From positions 3,036 through 67,035 of the IMG/VR virus record IMGVR_UViG_3300035670_000178: a stretch of DNA of 64,000 bases, one strand, 5' to 3'. The notes beneath the pieces are model-generated. The model saw only the letters and a list, made by a program, of their open reading frames with translations, made no database searches and was not told the DNA's origin. A program made the translations under genes and the position numbers. The DNA comes from a virus. Shown in pieces: positions 27,865 through 37,009 of the stretch (position 1 is its first letter; the number at the start of each line of letters is the position of its first letter).

Positions 27865-30664
27865 GAAGTTCCTTCTTGCTACGCTAATGCTCATACCGAT
27901 CTTTGCGATCGGCCAAACGTACATCCCTTCCGGTGGACTGGAAATACTCAACAATCTCGGGCAGACTGTAATCAGTTTGTTCGACACTGGCGACGCTGAG
28001 TTTGATGGCACGATCACCGCAACAGCTTTCGTCGGTGACGGTTCGGCCCTCACCGGGGTGGGTATCACACCGGAGTTCATCGAAGCCCTCGATCCAGCTT
28101 CTCCAGCCGCATTGGATCTTCTTGTAGGTGTCGATGCGACAGATGGCGCACTTAAACAGTATGACATTGGCGACATCCTAGGCGCTGGCGGCGGCATCAC
28201 AGACGGCGCGACTCTTGTTACTGGGCTTACTTTCCCTAACACCGGTCTTCACTTACTTGATACAAACGCAAGCCACGATCTAATCTTGTCGCCCGGCTCA
28301 GACCTCACAGCTGACCGCACTCTGACGATCATGACTGCCGATCTCAATCGTACGCTCACACTCTCCGGTGACTCTACGATCAGTGGAGCTAACTCCGGCG
28401 ACATCACGCTTAGTGGAACTCCTGACTACCTGAGCTTGACAAATCAAGTCCTCACGCTGAACGGCATCGATATGAATGACATCGATGCAACAGGCACTCC
28501 AAGCGCCAGCACTTATCTTCGCGGCGACGGATCGTGGGCTGCCGTTTCGGGCAGCGGAATAACTGATGGCGACACTCTAACTACTGGGCTTACTTTCCCC
28601 AACACTGGACTCAAAGCTCTTGACACAGATGCGAGTCACGCACTCACTCTTCGATATAACGAAAATGCATCTGCTGCTAGGACGCTCAATCTAGTCCTTG
28701 GAAATACTGATCGAACTCTCACTCTGAGTGCAGACGCAACTGTCGGTGGCACAAACAGCGGTGACGTCACGCTAAGTGGTACTCCTGATTACTTGAGCCT
28801 CACTAATCAGGTACTTACGCTTAATACCGTTGACATGAACGATATCGATGCAACGGGTACGCCGAGTGCAAGTACCTACCTTCGTGGCGATGGCTCTTGG
28901 ACCGCGTTGGTTGGCGGAGATCCGACTTACGGAAGCGCTGGCGGAGCAACTGACAATGCTGTATACGTAGACGCAGACAATCAGTTAGGCTTGGGTATTC
29001 TAGCTCCTCTGTCAAGCATCCACATCTACGACGAAACGCTGCCTCCGACGATCACTTACCAATACTTTAATGAAAGCGTAGGCGACGTCACTCAATATGC
29101 CGGTACTGGCACCGGCATGGCAGACGGAGCCGGCGGAACTTGGAACAATCCTAGTAACATTTCTGCGAACGACGGTAATTTTACTCAGACGATCAATCTA
29201 TTTACAGACGATTCGGAGAGTAATTCTTTTAAAGCCACTAACTTTTCGTTTGCCATACCGGCTGAAGCCGTTATTGACGGCGTCGAAGTAGACGTAGAAG
29301 TTTGGTCTAGCGAAGCAGACACCGAAGATTACGTCACTAAGTTAATTATCGGAGGCGTAGTTCAAGAAGCTAACAAAGCCACAGGCGCTCTTCTAGGAAC
29401 AACCCCTGCTGTTAAAACTTACGGCGGCCCGGCAGACACTTGGTCAGAGAGTTTGACACCTGCGATTATCAACTCTTCTGACTTCGGTGTTTCTTGGCAG
29501 GGTTGGTATGGCGTCGCGGCCAACATCTCGATCGACTACATCACGATCACTATTTACTATACTACAACTGCTGGCGATCATACTTGGGCCACAGGACTCA
29601 GCCTTGCTGACGGATCGTTCAACTTCCGTGAGAATGCAATCGATCATTTCAGCATCGCAAAGACTACCGGCAACGCAACGTTTCAAGGCAACGTGACTGC
29701 TGATGCGTTTATAGGTGACGGTTCCGGTTTGACTGGACTTCCTGCCCCTACTATCGCAGATGGTTCAATCAGCCGTGCCAAGCTGGCTGACATGGTCGCT
29801 GATCGAATTATGGGCCGTAATGGAACAACCGGCGCACCTGAAGATCTAACACCCGCTGAAGTACGCACCATGCTCAACGTAGCTGACGGCGCGACAGCTA
29901 ACGCTGGTACAGTGACTAGCGTCGGAATCATAGGCACCGACGGCATTGACGTTGATTCTGGCTCGCCCGTCACGTCGAGTGGATCGATCACTTTGGGTCT
30001 GAATAGCAATACTATTTGGACCAACTTAGTATCCACTGCCTCCACCGTGACCCCCGGCACAGAAGATTCTTTGCTTATTGCCGATGAAAGTGCTTTGGGC
30101 GCTGTAGCTGAAGTCAGTCTAACTAACTTTGTTTTGACTGGCACCGGTAACGATAACTACCTCTACAAAAAGAACGGAACGTCAGGACAGTTTGATCGTA
30201 CCGACATAATCGTTGACGACTCAAACAATGTCACCGGACTTGGCACGATCAACGGTCACACTCTTCCGACAGGAACTTACACTCTAGCAACTACTTCCAA
30301 AGCTGAAGTGCTTACAAACAAAGAAGTAGTCAAAAGAGAATACGTAACAAACGGAAGCTCTGCCACAGTAGATATTGATTCTTACGATCAAATGACCATT
30401 ACAGGAGTATCTAGCAGCCCGATTACTATCGGTGCTCCTACAGGCACCAAGTACAACGGTCAAGAGTTGATTATTTGGATCAATCAAAACGCAACACCGG
30501 CAGTGTTTAACTTCAACGCTGTCTTTGTATCTTCGGCGGAGTGGGGTCTCAGCGGAGCTATCCCCGCGCCGTCGACCACGAATGATGCTTGGGATTACTA
30601 CAAGTTCGTCTGGAACGAGTATGAACTTCAATGGCACCTTTTGGCGCATAGCGCAGGGAACTGA
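27848..30664 (+). CDS. tail-fibre-like protein with N-terminal signal peptide
   Basis: FVGDGSALTG and TYLRGDGSW fibre motifs, internal duplication, Thr/Gly-rich; KK plus hydrophobic N-terminus. Confidence 0.75.
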   Translation: MSASTKKFLLATLMLIPIFAIGQTYIPSGGLEILNNLGQTVISLFDTGDAEFDGTITATAFVGDGSALTGVGITPEFIEALDPASPAALDLLVGVDATDGALKQYDIGDILGAGGGITDGATLVTGLTFPNTGLHLLDTNASHDLILSPGSDLTADRTLTIMTADLNRTLTLSGDSTISGANSGDITLSGTPDYLSLTNQVLTLNGIDMNDIDATGTPSASTYLRGDGSWAAVSGSGITDGDTLTTGLTFPNTGLKALDTDASHALTLRYNENASAARTLNLVLGNTDRTLTLSADATVGGTNSGDVTLSGTPDYLSLTNQVLTLNTVDMNDIDATGTPSASTYLRGDGSWTALVGGDPTYGSAGGATDNAVYVDADNQLGLGILAPLSSIHIYDETLPPTITYQYFNESVGDVTQYAGTGTGMADGAGGTWNNPSNISANDGNFTQTINLFTDDSESNSFKATNFSFAIPAEAVIDGVEVDVEVWSSEADTEDYVTKLIIGGVVQEANKATGALLGTTPAVKTYGGPADTWSESLTPAIINSSDFGVSWQGWYGVAANISIDYITITIYYTTTAGDHTWATGLSLADGSFNFRENAIDHFSIAKTTGNATFQGNVTADAFIGDGSGLTGLPAPTIADGSISRAKLADMVADRIMGRNGTTGAPEDLTPAEVRTMLNVADGATANAGTVTSVGIIGTDGIDVDSGSPVTSSGSITLGLNSNTIWTNLVSTASTVTPGTEDSLLIADESALGAVAEVSLTNFVLTGTGNDNYLYKKNGTSGQFDRTDIIVDDSNNVTGLGTINGHTLPTGTYTLATTSKAEVLTNKEVVKREYVTNGSSATVDIDSYDQMTITGVSSSPITIGAPTGTKYNGQELIIWINQNATPAVFNFNAVFVSSAEWGLSGAIPAPSTTNDAWDYYKFVWNEYELQWHLLAHSAGN

Positions 30665-30666
30665 TC

Positions 30667-31206
30667 ATGAAAAAGTACATTCTAATCTTTGCACTTGCTC
30701 TGCCTTGTTTCGCGACGACTCTCGAAGAGAGAGTCGCCGCTCTGGCCGAAGCTCCCGGCGTAGCCGTGGCCGAGGTTCAAACCGACGCTCAGGGCCGCCC
30801 CGCGGTCAAGCCCATGCCTGGGTTTCCCAAGTACGGTACCGTCGAAGTTCGATATCTTTACGTGGCTGACGGGGTAGTCGAAGATAACTCTGTTACTTTG
30901 ATTATCACCCCTGACGAGCAAGCTCTGTGGCATCGAAGGCTGCCCGCTCCTTTAGAGCAAGTGAGGCAGACTACCACGATCCAAACTATCGGCACGGACG
31001 AAGAGATTCGTTTGGCAATTAACACGTCTCAAAAAGTTACTTTGCTCGACAAGATCAGTGTCGAGCGCAGTGACTTGAGTGCTGATGTTCACGGCTATAT
31101 CGAAGTAGCCGGCTTGCTAACGCCGGTGCATTACTATGTAGCTCGTAACATCAAAACTCAAGAATGGATCGTGAAGCCTTACGATACTACGGCGGTGACA
31201 AAATGA
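30667..31206 (+). CDS. hypothetical protein with signal peptide
   Basis: MKKYILIFALALPCFA N-terminus. Confidence 0.7.
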   Translation: MKKYILIFALALPCFATTLEERVAALAEAPGVAVAEVQTDAQGRPAVKPMPGFPKYGTVEVRYLYVADGVVEDNSVTLIITPDEQALWHRRLPAPLEQVRQTTTIQTIGTDEEIRLAINTSQKVTLLDKISVERSDLSADVHGYIEVAGLLTPVHYYVARNIKTQEWIVKPYDTTAVTK

Positions 31207-32330
31207 TCAAGCGTCTCCTGTTTGTAGCCTTGCTACTCGCTACGACTAGAGTCGAGGCTGCTTGGCCGTCAACAGGCAGCTATACGGCTTGGTCAAAATG
31301 TTTCAAAATCACAACGCAAGCATCAAAAATTGACGGCGCCCTAGATTGGTACTGGCTGGATCTCGATGATATGCCCATCGAGTTCTGGAACACAGTCAAG
31401 ACTGACGGTGGGGATCTTCGATTCGTAGAAGATGATCTTGAGACAGCGATCAATCACCGTCTGATTTTCATTGACACAGTCACGGACACAGGGCTAGTAG
31501 CTGTAGCCCAGCCTCACGGGGGCAGCGGCGCAACAGTAGACATAGACAGTTACGTCTTCGTCGGAAACGCCGCTGCCGCCGATCCAGGAATCTCACCGTT
31601 TCCTGGAACCGTTGAAGCTCTTTGGATGTTGCAAGAAGCACCCACTTCTACGACAGCCATCACAGACTACAGCGGTAACTCTCGTGGCTCAACTAACATT
31701 GCTGGCGTGATGACTAGCGGTGACTTGATTGCTGCCGGGCCTCACTCTAGTCTAAAGTGCATAGACTTTGATAGCAACGATCGAATAACTTTTCCTGCTA
31801 CAATCTTCAACGACATCGAATCAAGTTTGACCTTCACTTTTTGGTCTTGGGCCAAAGTAGAAGACGAAGATACCGACCGTGGATTGTTCGGTTCAGCGGG
31901 CAACCAGTTCGCGACAAGACATAAATTAACGGGTGCCGGTGAAGCTCTAATCCGTAGCAGCACGAACGCTTCTAACTTTACTGTGAACACTTCTCCTGCA
32001 TTTGAAGAATGGTTCTTAGATGTTTGGGTAATGGTCCATGTAGTTTGGGACGGATCGACGCTTAAGTTTTACCACAACGGCGTCGAAAAAGGATCTGCAT
32101 CTGCTCTGTCTTTAAGATCCGTAGACTTGAATTACTTTCTTGGCTCCGACAACACTACTTATTGGAATGGAAAGATCGGAGAAACTGGGATAGCGTCTAA
32201 TGCGCTGACAGCCAATCAAATTGCTACTATGCATACAAACTCAACAGACTCAACTTTTTGGGTTATTGCAGAACACACGGGCGGTGGTGGCGGAATGACA
32301 GTGCAACAGAGAACTAGAGGATTCTTCTAA
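31203..32330 (+). CDS. DUF2341-like plus LamG/ConA lectin domain protein with signal peptide
   Basis: DGGDLRF; W.MVHVVWDGSTLKFYHNG and WNGKIGE...ALTANQI; start MIKRLLFVALLLATTRVEA. Confidence 0.8.
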   Translation: MIKRLLFVALLLATTRVEAAWPSTGSYTAWSKCFKITTQASKIDGALDWYWLDLDDMPIEFWNTVKTDGGDLRFVEDDLETAINHRLIFIDTVTDTGLVAVAQPHGGSGATVDIDSYVFVGNAAAADPGISPFPGTVEALWMLQEAPTSTTAITDYSGNSRGSTNIAGVMTSGDLIAAGPHSSLKCIDFDSNDRITFPATIFNDIESSLTFTFWSWAKVEDEDTDRGLFGSAGNQFATRHKLTGAGEALIRSSTNASNFTVNTSPAFEEWFLDVWVMVHVVWDGSTLKFYHNGVEKGSASALSLRSVDLNYFLGSDNTTYWNGKIGETGIASNALTANQIATMHTNSTDSTFWVIAEHTGGGGGMTVQQRTRGFF

Positions 32331-32854
32331 TGTCGTTAGCGGAACTTAGCCTTAGATGCGCCAAAGAGATCTACGGCTCGATTGCACCCAACACCAACTA
32401 TATTGATCGAACACATCGGCTGCTTCTTGGAACAGCCGCTACCGAGTCTCACTTCAAGTATCGAAGGCAAGGCGGTTTCAGTTTCGATTCTGACAAAGGT
32501 GCTTGGGGTCTTTGGCAAACAGAAAAAGACAGCGTCGAAGATAATCTTCGACTGCTGTCTAGGCGAGAAGACATACGATCAAGAGTCGCAAACTTCTTGG
32601 TTGGGCACGAAAATATCGACGGGCTTCTTGCAATGAATTCGTCTGCCGTTCTTCGTCTAATCTATTCTTGGGATGCGTTAGCCGTCGTGATGTGCAGGCT
32701 TCATTACTTCCACAAACGACCACCGATCCCTGAGTCTCTCGAAGCCCAGGCTGAATACTACAAGATATACTACAACAGTATGCTTGGCAAAGGTTCACCT
32801 GAGAAGTACATTCGTGACTGGAACACATTTGTCAAAGGAAAACTCTATGGTTAG
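32330..32854 (+). CDS. lysozyme-like / transglycosylase-like protein
   Basis: LLLGTAATES (candidate catalytic Glu), GLWQ, CRLHY, YYKIYYNS..GKG. Confidence 0.7.
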   Translation: MSLAELSLRCAKEIYGSIAPNTNYIDRTHRLLLGTAATESHFKYRRQGGFSFDSDKGAWGLWQTEKDSVEDNLRLLSRREDIRSRVANFLVGHENIDGLLAMNSSAVLRLIYSWDALAVVMCRLHYFHKRPPIPESLEAQAEYYKIYYNSMLGKGSPEKYIRDWNTFVKGKLYG

Positions 32855-33062
32855 TTCACGCACCACACAAAACGCTGTACTCGGGGCCGGGTTAGCCGGC
32901 ACTGTACTGTTGTCTCTGTTCACGTTGCTTCGCAACCGTTGGCCTGATGTGATGTGGCCGCAAGAACACGACAACGCGATCATCGTATATCTGACGGCTG
33001 TTCTCGGACCTCTGTTGGCCCGAAAGATAGCTTTCATTCGTAACCCGGAGAAAAAGAAATGA
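32847..33062 (+). CDS. putative holin
   Basis: 71 aa, two hydrophobic segments, basic C-terminus, next to a muralytic gene. Confidence 0.6.
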   Translation: MVSSRTTQNAVLGAGLAGTVLLSLFTLLRNRWPDVMWPQEHDNAIIVYLTAVLGPLLARKIAFIRNPEKKK

Positions 33063-33130
33063 TTGAGTTCATCGAATACATCATCTGGCTGCTCAACACG
33101 ATCCTCGAAGCTCTCGGTCTTTTCGTATGA
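33059..33130 (+). CDS. 23-aa hydrophobic peptide (not in the ORF track)
   Basis: MIEFIEYIIWLLNTILEALGLFV; ATGA overlaps with both neighbours. Confidence 0.55.
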   Translation: MIEFIEYIIWLLNTILEALGLFV

Positions 33131-33489
33131 AAGCCATCGCCGGTTTCCTACTCGCAGCTTCGTTAAGCGGCTGCGTCGGCCTAGCGCCGGCAATGGCAGG
33201 GAAGACTCACTACAACGTAGAGTTCACGGATACTACTCTCGATCAGAACACTCAGTACAAAATGAACATCAAAGCACCGGCCGGCGTCGATCTAGCTTCC
33301 GTGACTGGAATGACTTACGATTGGCAGCCGGACGGCTCTGGTAACATTTCGGTATCGAATGACTCTACCGTGAACACTCAAGCTCAAGCCGAAGCTCTAG
33401 TCAAGATCAACGAGCAGCAGACTATGATCCTCGGCGAAACCGTAAAGGCTCTAACGAGCGCTTTGGAAATGTTGAAGAATGAAGATTAA
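33127..33489 (+). CDS. lipoprotein, possible spanin component
   Basis: MK, hydrophobic stretch, LSGC lipobox. Confidence 0.7.
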   Translation: MKAIAGFLLAASLSGCVGLAPAMAGKTHYNVEFTDTTLDQNTQYKMNIKAPAGVDLASVTGMTYDWQPDGSGNISVSNDSTVNTQAQAEALVKINEQQTMILGETVKALTSALEMLKNED

Positions 33490-33910
33490 ATATTGGAACT
33501 TTAGGAACCCAACCCAAGAACAGATAATCAAAGATCTGATAGAAGAGTTGGGTGAATTGATTCCCAGATATGTACTTAAGTTGGACGTCTACAATTGGGA
33601 CGACGACGGTAACTGCTACGCATCGGTCGAGCACGACATCAAGTACATGCTTGTCAAATTGAACATCTACAATCTTTTCTTTGCCGGCACACGGGAAGAA
33701 ATGCGTGAAAGGCTGATACATGAACTAACCCATTTGCACACCAATAGTCTGTTCACCTTTATTGAACTCGACATATTGGATTATGTGCGTGAAAGTAATG
33801 CGCCTCTAGCAGAGCATTTTCGGAGGCAACTCAATTTGCTGGAGGAGGGTCTTGTAGTACAAGTGTCACACTTTATAGCGGAGTCTACTCGTGGAAGTAA
33901 ACGGAACTGA
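33479..33910 (+). CDS. HEXXH metallopeptidase-like protein
   Basis: LIHELTHL with downstream EE. Confidence 0.6.
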   Translation: MKIKYWNFRNPTQEQIIKDLIEELGELIPRYVLKLDVYNWDDDGNCYASVEHDIKYMLVKLNIYNLFFAGTREEMRERLIHELTHLHTNSLFTFIELDILDYVRESNAPLAEHFRRQLNLLEEGLVVQVSHFIAESTRGSKRN

Positions 33911-34232
33911 CGTTGGACTGGGGTTTGGGGCTTTCATAACATCAGTACTAGCTTACTTAGGATTCAGACCAAAAAAGGACGATCCGATGGCTGAGCTAAA
34001 GAAAGAAATAGAGGAGATTAAGGGGAGGCAAAATCGATTTGAAGAAGCTCTTCACTCGCTGACTGAACTGACTAAACGCGACATCAAAGAAATTAATGAA
34101 GATGTGAAAGAGATGAAAGAGGGCGTAAAAGAAATGTCCCATGCGATACAAAATATCGCAACAAGTGTCACTAGGTTAAATACCCTTTATGAGGTAGCCG
34201 CCAATGCGACAAAATCTTCAAGACACTCGTAA
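33891..34232 (+). CDS. membrane-anchored coiled-coil protein (lysis accessory)
   Basis: N-terminal hydrophobic segment followed by heptads. Confidence 0.6.
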   Translation: MEVNGTDVGLGFGAFITSVLAYLGFRPKKDDPMAELKKEIEEIKGRQNRFEEALHSLTELTKRDIKEINEDVKEMKEGVKEMSHAIQNIATSVTRLNTLYEVAANATKSSRHS

Positions 34233-34533
34233 GGCGCAGCAAACACGCGACGCTATCCGCGCGATCCGCGGCAACATCGAAACTATCTTTTGGATGTTGC
34301 GAAACATGAACACGAGCGCGGCGTCGGGCACAGGCGACGGCACGGGAACTAGCTTTTCAGTTGAAGTCGTAGAGTCGTTGCCGGCCATACCTACCGTGGC
34401 TTACAAAATGGTGTTCTGGACCTCAGCCGGTGCTGGCACGGGAGACGATCAGACTTGGGAAGCATTCCCCGGCCAGACCCGCTGGTACCCGTGTCAGAAA
34501 CCGACTACACTTAGTGGAGCACCTGGAGCATGA
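34204..34533 (+). CDS. hypothetical virion protein
   Basis: In chain; helical N-terminus then Gly/Thr-rich. Confidence 0.55.
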   Translation: MRQNLQDTRKAQQTRDAIRAIRGNIETIFWMLRNMNTSAASGTGDGTGTSFSVEVVESLPAIPTVAYKMVFWTSAGAGTGDDQTWEAFPGQTRWYPCQKPTTLSGAPGA

Positions 34534-35795
34534 GTTGCTACAGCAGTGAAACAGAACCTACAGGGGATACCGTCGGCGGTTGGCATGATCTTGAATCTTT
34601 CTACGATTCTTTGACAGGCAAAAGCCCGCTTATGCATCTGTGTCGGATGTGCCACGATCGATCTGAAGCATTGAAGATGCCAGCGCTTTCTTTCTCAAAA
34701 GTAGGCGTCAATCCTTCCGATACTGCTTTCGCTAGTGTAGCGTACAGTAGCAACCCTTCGTGGAACCCTCTTCAAGATATACAAGTTATACTGAATCAAA
34801 TTCACACACGGATAACAGACTTAGCTGGTATTTCTCTCGATACAGAAACTTGCATAAAATGGTATTACATTCCTACGGCTACTGTTTCGTCTCTGCTTTC
34901 AGCTTATAATTCTGCAATAAGTGGATCTTCACTCAGTAACAAAGAAGATTGGTTGATTTATGTAAATGCAATGAAAGACTTCTTAGAAGGTCTTTCAGGT
35001 CTAGACATCGAATCGGTACCGTGGACTTCTACAACCGGAAGCCTAAATGCTGATTCAGGTGTCAGAGTAGGAACTGTTACAGCAGACATAGCCGGTATAA
35101 ATAAAACTGGTGCGAATACAGGTGCTGCTATCACAGGAGACTGCCCGCCATTCGGTGATCCGTCTAACGGTTACTGGGCAGTAGATTATGGTGTAGATCA
35201 AAATTATGGCGCCATAACTTGGAATGTCACGGCAGGGGTTGCGGCTCAAACTGGAAGTCTTGATCTTTCTGTAGGAATTCAAAACCATCCCGACAACCTT
35301 GCAGATCCTGTCATAGGCGAGGCTTTCCTAGTCTCCTACCCTACCTGCTCAACGATAACTGAAGATGAGCTTTTTCAAATTTACGCCTACACAGGTTGGT
35401 TCCAAGTAACTAGATCTAAAAGAAGATTTACTGTCAGCGTGAGTACCACAGGAGGTATGCCTAGTTCTATCTTGAACGGAAAAACTTTTAACTGGGAAGC
35501 TAAATTAAAAGAGTACAATGGAAGCGGCCCCTCATCGATTGACTCAGACATACCTCATTCTTTTATAGGAGCTTCTACTGGTACTTTCACAATAGGTGCT
35601 TTGCCTTCCTATATTGATGTCGAAGTAGAGCTAAGCGGGGCGATCATCGCAGACACAGCGGAGCCTTTTGTCGGTGGCTACTACGAAGATGATAGTGTCT
35701 GGATTGCAAAAGCCGGTATTTTGGTTATTGAAATAACACCAGATAATTACCCTTACTGTAAAACTGGTTGTAATACCTACATCGAGGATGTGTAG
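34530..35795 (+). CDS. putative tail-tip / receptor-binding protein
   Basis: 421 aa, Ser/Thr/Gly-rich, visibly more AT-rich than its neighbours. Confidence 0.5.
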   Translation: MSCYSSETEPTGDTVGGWHDLESFYDSLTGKSPLMHLCRMCHDRSEALKMPALSFSKVGVNPSDTAFASVAYSSNPSWNPLQDIQVILNQIHTRITDLAGISLDTETCIKWYYIPTATVSSLLSAYNSAISGSSLSNKEDWLIYVNAMKDFLEGLSGLDIESVPWTSTTGSLNADSGVRVGTVTADIAGINKTGANTGAAITGDCPPFGDPSNGYWAVDYGVDQNYGAITWNVTAGVAAQTGSLDLSVGIQNHPDNLADPVIGEAFLVSYPTCSTITEDELFQIYAYTGWFQVTRSKRRFTVSVSTTGGMPSSILNGKTFNWEAKLKEYNGSGPSSIDSDIPHSFIGASTGTFTIGALPSYIDVEVELSGAIIADTAEPFVGGYYEDDSVWIAKAGILVIEITPDNYPYCKTGCNTYIEDV

Positions 35796-35796
35796 A

Positions 35797-36093
35797 ATGG
35801 CAAAAGCATATGTAGGTGACATTGGGACAGCCATTGAGATCAATACTTTCATAGATCTCACACTGGCCACTACCAAAGAGTTCAAAGTCAAGAAGCCTGA
35901 CGGAACAATCCATACTTGGGATGTCGACATCCCTGATGGACTGACCGCCGCGGACGGGAGGATTGTACACTTCACAGTGGAAGACGATTTCGATCAAGCT
36001 GGAAAGTACTACATCCAACCTCACGTCATAACCGGATCTTCCGATCACTTGGGAGATACCGAGTCATTCGAGGTGTTCGATGCTTTTCAATGA
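35797..36093 (+). CDS. BppU-like baseplate domain protein
   Basis: YVGDIGT..KKPDG..DFDQAGKY pattern. Confidence 0.6.
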   Translation: MAKAYVGDIGTAIEINTFIDLTLATTKEFKVKKPDGTIHTWDVDIPDGLTAADGRIVHFTVEDDFDQAGKYYIQPHVITGSSDHLGDTESFEVFDAFQ

Positions 36094-36262
36094 TCTATAT
36101 GTAGGTGTGCCTCCTGGCCAGCCCTACCCTGATCTCACAGAAATCATTCGCTTGACTTGTAGATTGACCGACAAGACAATCGAACTCGATTGCCCGATCG
36201 GACTAGATCTAGAGTCTGATATGAATAAGGAGATCGACATTGCCTCAAGGATTTATTCTTAG
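36080..36262 (+). CDS. small hypothetical protein
   Basis: Bridges its neighbours with overlaps. Confidence 0.45.
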   Translation: MLFNDLYVGVPPGQPYPDLTEIIRLTCRLTDKTIELDCPIGLDLESDMNKEIDIASRIYS

Positions 36263-36644
36263 ATATCCGATTGACGTTCCGGACGCGACTTATTTGTCCA
36301 CGTCTATGATTCTGAATGATACATTCATCATCAGAAACGTAGCAAAAGAAACGTCGATCGAGATGAGCCTCTTCCGGACAGGCCGCCCTCTGCCGCCACG
36401 CAGACGTCAACGCCCCGTGAAACGAACGTTCACAGCGCAAGACATCTGCAACAAAGAAGAGTTCAAGCAGTTCTACTTCGACAACTTAGGTAAGTCTGTG
36501 AAGATGGACTTCGAGGGTCATACTTACTACGGCTATCTTCAAGATATTGTAGTAGGCGAGCATGACATCGAGTTCTCTTACACTTACATTTCGAAGATCC
36601 AACAACCAACCGAAGAAGACGAAGATAGGCTCTTCCCACTATGA
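36240..36644 (+). CDS. distal-tail-like protein
   Basis: Similar in pattern to the next ORF; precedes the hub-like gene. Confidence 0.5.
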   Translation: MPQGFILRYPIDVPDATYLSTSMILNDTFIIRNVAKETSIEMSLFRTGRPLPPRRRQRPVKRTFTAQDICNKEEFKQFYFDNLGKSVKMDFEGHTYYGYLQDIVVGEHDIEFSYTYISKIQQPTEEDEDRLFPL

Positions 36645-37009
36645 TTACTTTCCAGTATCCAGGGTACAACCCAACACATTCGATCAATCTGCCTTCGCCC
36701 GAACGCGGCGACGACGAAGTTGACCTTTCAACTATCCATCTGCACGAAACGGAAAGCGGGCAGTTCAAATCAAATGTGAATCGATCCTGTCTGAGAGAGT
36801 ACGAGAGATCTCTTAACTTCACAGGCTTGTGTCAAGCTCAAATCGATGAGTTCATGCAATTCATCGTCGATTCGACAGGGCACTACATCAAGTACATTGA
36901 CTACAACGGCGTCGAGTGGATGACTCAAATCACCGATGAAGTCATCAACATCGTTGAGGAACCATTCGGTTATACGATCAACATGACGTTGCTCGTATGG
37001 GAGGTCTAA
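36641..37009 (+). CDS. distal tail (Dit / lambda gpM-like) protein
   Basis: SLNFTGL...EFMQFI..G..IKYIDY.G pattern. Confidence 0.55.
   Translation: MITFQYPGYNPTHSINLPSPERGDDEVDLSTIHLHETESGQFKSNVNRSCLREYERSLNFTGLCQAQIDEFMQFIVDSTGHYIKYIDYNGVEWMTQITDEVINIVEEPFGYTINMTLLVWEV

Noticed and set aside
27848-35795. Diversity-generating retroelement acting on the fibre genes
   Set aside because: No reverse transcriptase, and the fibre duplication differs at all base types rather than only at adenines
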